Translations under genes and position numbers: made by a program
In this document: piece by piece, positions 19,321 through 24,627 of the stretch
Numbering within the stretch: the first letter of the stretch is position 1
Layout: every line of letters begins with the position of its first letter
The notes under the pieces: model-generated
Seen by the model: the letters and a program-made list of their open reading frames with translations, nothing else
Databases searched by the model: none
Told to the model about the DNA's origin: nothing
Origin: Hyphomicrobiaceae bacterium
Lineage (GTDB): Bacteria > Pseudomonadota > Alphaproteobacteria > Rhizobiales > Hyphomicrobiaceae
Direction of reading: 5' to 3'
Assembly: GCA_046295315.1 (NCBI GenBank)
Contig: JBKBNR010000001.1
Coordinates: forward strand, 15,094-39,720
Length of the DNA: 24,627 nucleotides

Positions 19321-20220
19321 TCAACGATCCGGCCTCGCGATCTCCCCAAAAATTCCAAGCGACCGCGCCTCCTCGCCGATGAGGTCCGCGATCAACTTCG
19401 GCTGCTCCTCGTGCGCCAGATGCCCGACGCCGCGCAGATAGGCGACCCGGGCCCCGCGGACCATTCTCTCGACGGCGAAGGCCGTGGCTGGCTTGACCGC
19501 GTCGTCATCGCCGGCGGCAACCAGGACCAGCGGCACCGCAAGGCGCGGCAGGTCCCGTTCCAGTGACTCGAGGTCCCACTGCGCCATCATGTCGAGGGTC
19601 GCGGCGACATGCGCGCGGTTGGCGAACAGTCGAGCGTAGATGTCGATCTGGCGCGATGGGATGCGCGATCCTGTGCCTTCCAGCAAACGCGCCACGGCCG
19701 CCCTGTCAGATGCGCGCCGCGCCACCAGCACCGGCACCAGTGGCGCGCGCACCAGCATCTTGGCCAGCGGCGAGAAGATGCGGCCCGCCACTCCGCGAAA
19801 GGGTAGCAGCGCGCCGTTGAGGCTGATGAACAGCCGGGGCGAAATGGAACCCGCGAGGCACATCCGCGCCAGCACCGCCGCGCCTGCCGAATGACCAACC
19901 ACGATGTCGGGCGCGAAGCATTCGACGCGCAGCAGGTGCGCCAACGCATCTGCCATTCCGGCGAGCGACGTGTCGACCCGGCGAGCGGTGCCAGTGAAGG
20001 CATGACCCGGCAGATCGGGCGCCAGCACGTCGAATGTCACGGCGAGCAGAGGCAGCAGGTCGGCGAAAGAATGTGTCGATGCGCCGGTGCCGTGCAGCAG
20101 CAGCAGCTTCGGCCCCTGGCCTTGCCGCTGCACATGCCAGGTGAAGCCGGCAGCTTCGACGAAGCGGCTCGCAGGGCGATTCGGCCAGTCGCATCCGTCA
20201 TTGTCCCAGTTCAGCCGCAT
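19321..20220 (-). CDS. bchO: BchO alpha/beta hydrolase (magnesium chelatase accessory protein)
   Basis: DWPNRPASRFV...WHVQ, LLLHGTGASTHS, GHSAG nucleophile elbow, GHLAHEE; follows bchD. Confidence 0.93.
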   Translation of the reverse strand: MRLNWDNDGCDWPNRPASRFVEAAGFTWHVQRQGQGPKLLLLHGTGASTHSFADLLPLLAVTFDVLAPDLPGHAFTGTARRVDTSLAGMADALAHLLRVECFAPDIVVGHSAGAAVLARMCLAGSISPRLFISLNGALLPFRGVAGRIFSPLAKMLVRAPLVPVLVARRASDRAAVARLLEGTGSRIPSRQIDIYARLFANRAHVAATLDMMAQWDLESLERDLPRLAVPLVLVAAGDDDAVKPATAFAVERMVRGARVAYLRGVGHLAHEEQPKLIADLIGEEARSLGIFGEIARPDR

Positions 20221-20282
20221 GCTCTGTCCGGCGCCGTCGTTCGAGGTTTGCTGCGCGGCGACCGTGGCCGTCGCGACGCCGG

Positions 20283-22124
20283 TCAGGCCGTCGCGGCAAG
20301 AATGGTATCGGCCAACCCGCGCGCGCTGGCGTAGGGCAACGGAATATACGTCGCGCCGAGATCCCTGGCGATCGCCTCGGCTTCGGCCCTCGGCTGCGTC
20401 GAGGTGTCGATGAGCACGGCCGCGATCCCGGCGCGCCGAATCTGCGCTGCCGAATGGCGCGCCTGCTCCGTAGCGCCGGCGCGCCCGCCGCGGCCATCAC
20501 GCGAGACGTTGGCGCGTCCGTCCGTCAGCAGAACCAGGGTCGGGCGCTCGCCCCGCCGTTGCAGATCGACGGCAAGCGCCAACCCGGCATCGAGCCCGGA
20601 CGCCAAGGGCGTGCCGCCACCACCGGGCAGATGAGCGAGCGAACGTTTGGCGCGGGCCAGCGCATGCGTCGGCGGCAGCAGAACTTCGGCGCGCTGACCG
20701 CGAAAGGCGACGAGCGCGACACGATCGCGCCGCGTGTAGCATTCCGCCAGCAGCAACTCGACCGCACCCTTGGCTTCGGCCAAGCGATTGAGCGCATTCG
20801 ACCCCGACGCATCGACGAGGAAAACGGTGCACGTCGGCGTGTGCGCCTTGAACCGCTTGATGTGCAGGTCCTCGGCCCGCACCTCGATGCGCCGCGCCCC
20901 CGGCGTGCTGCCCGTGCCGCCGGCGTGACGAGCGCCCTTGCGAAGGGTCTGCCACGGCGCTGCCGCCCGCAGCGTCGCGAGCAGGGCTATCCGCGCGCCG
21001 CCTCGCGGCTGGCCGCGGCGCGCGCCGACCGGACGGCCGCGATGCTTGGTGCGCTGGACCGCACCGACGCGGCCCTGCACAGGCGCGGCCTTGCGGACTG
21101 CCGCCGCGTGGGCGGCGGCGGCATCGAGCAACCCTTTCGGCAGACTGGCCATCACCGCCGCGATCATCAGATCGTCGAGTTGCCCCTTGTCCTGCGGCTC
21201 GCCATCCCCCTCGCTATCCGAAGGCGACTGCGGCTCCGGCGGCGGTTCGGCCGTTGGCTGCTGCTCATTGCTCGATGGCTCGGGAATTCGTGTCACCCTC
21301 GGCGCCAGAACCCATCGGGCGGCAAGTTCGATGTCCTCGCTCGCGACCTCGGCGCGGCCATCGAGCGCCGCCGCTGCGATTGCGGCACGCGCGGCAAAGA
21401 ATGGCGCCCGCAACGATTCCACCCCAAGTATCAGCGCCGCACCGCACAGCCTTGCCAGATGTTCGTCGCCGATCGTGACGTGAGCCAAGCCGCGGCGCGC
21501 CGCCTCGACGCGCGACCGATCCGCCTCGTCCGCTACATCGTCGCCGCCCGGCATTCCGCGCACGCGGCCGAGTTGCACGACGAACGCAACCCGGTCGCTC
21601 AACGCGATCGGCACACGGTCGTCGTCGCTGTCGTCATGTTCGTCGATCGCTATGGTGAGAAAGCGGCTCGCCCAGCCGCCGCCTGCCGCTCCGGCCGCCG
21701 CCTCCACCTGCCCCTTGTCGATCACACAAGCGATGCGCGCGGCGAGGCCGCGTTCCATACGCTCGGCACCGGTGAAAACGACGATCCCGCCATCCGCCTC
21801 GGCCAGCAGTCCGCGCGAAAAGCACGGCCGCCCGGCGGCGAGCGTCGCCGCCAGATCGAGACCGCCGAGCAGTCGTTCGTCGTCGATATGGCGGGGGACG
21901 TAGCGAACTGAAGCCACGGGCGGCATGAATTTCGAGAGGACACCGAGCCAAGCTGCGGTCGCCTCGCCGGGACGGCAGCGCACCACGGCCCCGGCAAGTC
22001 CAACGGGATCGACCGCCATCAGCATCGCGACCCGTCGCGCTTCGCCCCAAGGGTCATCGGCACCGATATCTGCCTTGATGTCTGCGCCGGCGGCTTCGAC
22101 GGGCGCGGCTGCTTCCCCGCTCAT
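20283..22124 (-). CDS. bchD: Magnesium chelatase subunit D
   Basis: IDDERLLGGLDL, Pro/Glu-rich linker, vWA domain FLVDASGS...GGGTPLA...LLTDGRANV. ATG at 22124 overlaps the bchI stop (ATGA). Confidence 0.96.
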   Translation of the reverse strand: MSGEAAAPVEAAGADIKADIGADDPWGEARRVAMLMAVDPVGLAGAVVRCRPGEATAAWLGVLSKFMPPVASVRYVPRHIDDERLLGGLDLAATLAAGRPCFSRGLLAEADGGIVVFTGAERMERGLAARIACVIDKGQVEAAAGAAGGGWASRFLTIAIDEHDDSDDDRVPIALSDRVAFVVQLGRVRGMPGGDDVADEADRSRVEAARRGLAHVTIGDEHLARLCGAALILGVESLRAPFFAARAAIAAAALDGRAEVASEDIELAARWVLAPRVTRIPEPSSNEQQPTAEPPPEPQSPSDSEGDGEPQDKGQLDDLMIAAVMASLPKGLLDAAAAHAAAVRKAAPVQGRVGAVQRTKHRGRPVGARRGQPRGGARIALLATLRAAAPWQTLRKGARHAGGTGSTPGARRIEVRAEDLHIKRFKAHTPTCTVFLVDASGSNALNRLAEAKGAVELLLAECYTRRDRVALVAFRGQRAEVLLPPTHALARAKRSLAHLPGGGGTPLASGLDAGLALAVDLQRRGERPTLVLLTDGRANVSRDGRGGRAGATEQARHSAAQIRRAGIAAVLIDTSTQPRAEAEAIARDLGATYIPLPYASARGLADTILAATA

Positions 22125-23167
22125 CCCGTCAATCTCTCGAGACGCGGCGCATAGAGCTCGGCAAGTGCCCGCTCGACGCGAACCGTCGAGCCCGTTTCGT
22201 CCAGCGGATCGCGCCGCAGACGATGACGCAGCGCCATCGTTGCCGATTGCTTCAAGTGCGCATGCTGCACCTCGTCGGCGCCATCGAGTGCGGCGAGCGC
22301 GCGGGCTGTGCGCAGCAACGTCAATTCGCCACGCATGCCGTCCGTACCGAGCGCGATACACAGCGCCGCCGCGTGCTGAAGTATCACGTCCGCGACGTCG
22401 AGCCGGCGAATGCGCTCGCGCGCCGCGAGGATCTGATCGCGCACCGCCTCGTCAGCCGTTCGCCAGCGTTCCACGAACGCTGCAGGATCACGCTCGAACG
22501 CGTCGCGACGGCGCACCACCTCGACGCGCGTTGCGACGTCGGTCGGCGTGCGCACCTCGACGGAGAGACCGAAGCGGTCGAGCAACTGCGGCCGCAGATC
22601 GCCCTCTTCCGGATTGCCGCTGCCGACAAGCACGAAGCGCGACGGATGGCGGATGCTGAGCCCCTCGCGCTCGACGACGTTCTCGCCCGAAGCCGAAACG
22701 TCGAGCAGCAGGTCGACCAGATGATCCTCGAGCAGATTGACTTCGTCGATGTAGAGAAAGCCGCGATGGGCACGGGCGAGCAAACCCGGCTCGAACACCT
22801 TTTCGCCGCGCGTCAGGGCACGTTCGAGATCGAGCGCGCCGACGATGCGATCCTCCGTCGCGCCGAGCGGCAGATCGACGACGGCGACCGCGCGCATTTC
22901 GCGTGTTGCATGCCCCTTTGCGGTGCAGTCGGGGCAGGATTGCGCGCCGACACTCGCCTCGCCCGGGGCACAGTTGAACCGGCAGCCCGCGAGCGTCTCG
23001 ATCGCCGGCAGCAGGCTCGCGAGCGAGCGGATGGCGGTCGACTTTCCGGTGCCTCGGTCGCCGAACACCAACACGCCGCCGACGGTCGGATCGACGGCGG
23101 CGACCAGCAGCGCCTGTCGCATCTCGTCCTGACCCACGATCGCGGAGAACGGAAATACAGGCTTCAT
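22121..23167 (-). CDS. bchI: Magnesium chelatase subunit I
   Basis: FPFSAIVGQ, GDRGTGKST Walker A, LYIDEVNLL Walker B, RPQLLDRFG. ATG at 23167 with GAGG RBS. Confidence 0.98.
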   Translation of the reverse strand: MKPVFPFSAIVGQDEMRQALLVAAVDPTVGGVLVFGDRGTGKSTAIRSLASLLPAIETLAGCRFNCAPGEASVGAQSCPDCTAKGHATREMRAVAVVDLPLGATEDRIVGALDLERALTRGEKVFEPGLLARAHRGFLYIDEVNLLEDHLVDLLLDVSASGENVVEREGLSIRHPSRFVLVGSGNPEEGDLRPQLLDRFGLSVEVRTPTDVATRVEVVRRRDAFERDPAAFVERWRTADEAVRDQILAARERIRRLDVADVILQHAAALCIALGTDGMRGELTLLRTARALAALDGADEVQHAHLKQSATMALRHRLRRDPLDETGSTVRVERALAELYAPRLERLTG

Positions 23168-23294
23168 CGTGCGTTCCTCTGCGCCCCGCAACGCCGTCCA
23201 CCGCTCACCGATGCCACATCGGTTCACGCCCGCCCCGCCCGTCGCTCCGCCATCGCGGCGAAAGCAACGTCAACTCGCGATTCCGCAACGCGCC

Positions 23295-24293
23295 TCAACG
23301 AAAGGCGGGCGAATACTCTGCTTCTTCCGCCAGCGGCTCGACGCGCGCCGGCGATGTCAGCCGGTCGGGCAGACGGAAGAAAACCTTTTCCTCGATGCCG
23401 TCGAGCACGCCGACGGTCGTTTCCCGTAGCGTCGCGAGATGCGCGACGACGCCTTCGACCAAGTGCTCGGGAGCCGAAGCGCCGGCCGCCACGCCGACGG
23501 TTTCGACGCCGTCCAGCCAAGCCGGATCGATCTCGCTCGCCTGGGCGACGAGGCGCGTCGGCACGCCTTCGCGTTCGCCGATCTCGCGCAGCCGCTGCGT
23601 GTTGGAGCTGTTCGGAGAGCCGACGACGATGATGAAATCTGCGCGCGTGGCGAGCGCAATAACGGCCTTCTGCCGGTTCTGCGTCGCGTAGCAGATGTCG
23701 CGCGTATCGGGCCCCTGGATGGCGGGGAAGCGACGCCGCAACGCCGCAATGATCTCTTGTGTATCGAGCACGCTGAGCGTCGTCTGCGTGACGTAGGCGA
23801 CGCGCTCAGGATTGGAAACTTCGATGTCCGCGACCTCGGCAATCGACCCGATGACATGCAGCCGGCCATCGATCTGGCCCCGCGTACCCTCGACCTCGGC
23901 ATGGCCCGCATGGCCGACGAGCACCACGTCGTAGCCGAGTGCCGCGTAACGCTGGCCCTCCTTGTGGACACGGCGCACCAGCGGACATGTGGCGTCGATG
24001 ACATCGAGATTGCGCTGGCGGGCGTCCGCCTCGACGGATCGTGAAACACCATGCGCGCTGAAGATGGTCACAGCGCCCTCGGGAATCTGCTCGACCTCGT
24101 CGACGAAGACCGCGCCCTTGTCGACCAGCCAGCCGACCACGGTCTCGTTGTGCACGATGTGATGTCGCACATAGACCGGCGAGCCGTGCAGTTCGAGCGC
24201 GCGCTCGACGATGTCGACGGCGCGCACCACACCGGCGCAAAAGCCTCGCGGCCTCGCCAGGATCACGCTGAGATGTTTCGACGTTTCACCCAT
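23295..24293 (-). CDS. ispH: 4-hydroxy-3-methylbut-2-enyl diphosphate reductase
   Basis: PRGFCAGV, IVHN, FSAHGV, DATCPLV, GHAEV, QTTLS, DICYATQNRQ, NSSN: three cluster Cys and the catalytic His/Glu present. Confidence 0.97.
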   Translation of the reverse strand: MGETSKHLSVILARPRGFCAGVVRAVDIVERALELHGSPVYVRHHIVHNETVVGWLVDKGAVFVDEVEQIPEGAVTIFSAHGVSRSVEADARQRNLDVIDATCPLVRRVHKEGQRYAALGYDVVLVGHAGHAEVEGTRGQIDGRLHVIGSIAEVADIEVSNPERVAYVTQTTLSVLDTQEIIAALRRRFPAIQGPDTRDICYATQNRQKAVIALATRADFIIVVGSPNSSNTQRLREIGEREGVPTRLVAQASEIDPAWLDGVETVGVAAGASAPEHLVEGVVAHLATLRETTVGVLDGIEEKVFFRLPDRLTSPARVEPLAEEAEYSPAFR

Positions 24294-24322
24294 CCTGAAG
24301 CTCTAGCATGGAAGCGCAATTA

Positions 24323-24340
24323 CGTCACGCTGGTTTTACA
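24323..24340. promoter_or_regulatory. Possible degenerate PpsR/CrtJ site upstream of ispH
   Basis: CGTcacgctggttttACA (one mismatch), 30 nt upstream of the ispH ATG in a locally AT-richer stretch; no partner site at 26 bp. Confidence 0.4.
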
Positions 24341-24626
24341 GTTTGCGTTGACCAATGTCGGCGTCTGACCCCACGAAACCGCGCGGCCACCGCGCCGCGA
24401 GATCGGCGACGTGGGCGACCAGCGCACCGAGCAGCGCCGCCGCGATCAACGTCCAATCCGCATCGACCAGCGCCAGCCGCACCGCCAGCATGCCGCCGTG
24501 CGCCTGAAAGCTCACCTCCCCCAGGAACCGCCCGACGGGCGCCCCCTCGGCGTCCAGGGTCAGATCGCCCCCCGGCGCGACGGCGAAGACGAATCCCCCG
24601 TCCGCCGCCCGATCGGCGCCGCCCAG
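24336..24626 (-). CDS. 3' end of an ORF running off the window; first half resembles an HtaA-type heme-binding domain, second half is a hydrophobic helix
   Basis: LGGADRAADGGFVFAVAPGGDLTLDAEGAPVGRFLGEVSFQAHGGMLAVRLA/LVDADWTLIAAALLGALVAHVADLAARWPRG...KL*. The F-x-G-x-V-x-F-x-A-H-G-G-M-L pattern is recalled from HtaA domains, not searched. Confidence 0.45.
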   Translation of the reverse strand: MGGADRAADGGFVFAVAPGGDLTLDAEGAPVGRFLGEVSFQAHGGMLAVRLALVDADWTLIAAALLGALVAHVADLAARWPRGFVGSDADIGQRKL

Positions 24627-24627
24627 G

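Noticed and set aside
22125-22361. Upstream extensions of BchD (to 22361), also BchI (to 23227) and Dxs (to 16654)
   Set aside because: They overlap upstream genes or lack an RBS; downstream ATGs have an RBS or stop/start coupling.
23207-23223. ACCGATG-CCA-CATCGGT hairpin between ispH and bchI
   Set aside because: Only a 7-bp stem with no U-tract; too weak to call a terminator.
1-24627. CRISPR arrays, tRNA/rRNA, transposases, integrases, FnrL boxes
   Set aside because: No regular direct repeats, RNA-gene signatures or mobile-element motifs seen by eye, and no intergenic TTGAT-N4-ATCAA.

Overview
GC-rich alphaproteobacterial (Rhizobiales/Hyphomicrobiales-like, by inference) photosynthesis gene cluster segment. 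Minus strand: crtE-crtF-bchC-bchX-bchY-bchZ-pufQ-pufB-pufA-pufL-pufM, with no pufC or pufX after pufM, and a second run ispH-bchI-bchD-bchO-crtI-crtB-dxs followed by two small single-TM ORFs. Plus strand: crtD and crtC (overlapping), and at the left edge the 3' part of a bacteriophytochrome (PHY-HWE kinase-receiver) convergent on pufM. Tandem PpsR/CrtJ-type TGT-N12-ACA sites with a constant 26-bp offset sit at the bchC, crtE/crtD and crtI promoter regions. Most notable: degenerate kinase/receiver motifs in the phytochrome, Ile in place of the conserved QB-pocket Phe L216 of PufL, dxs and ispH bracketing the pigment operon, a pair of related ~55-60 aa membrane microproteins, and an apparently chimeric HtaA-like ORF at the right edge. 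All calls are from motif recognition only; no database search was run.
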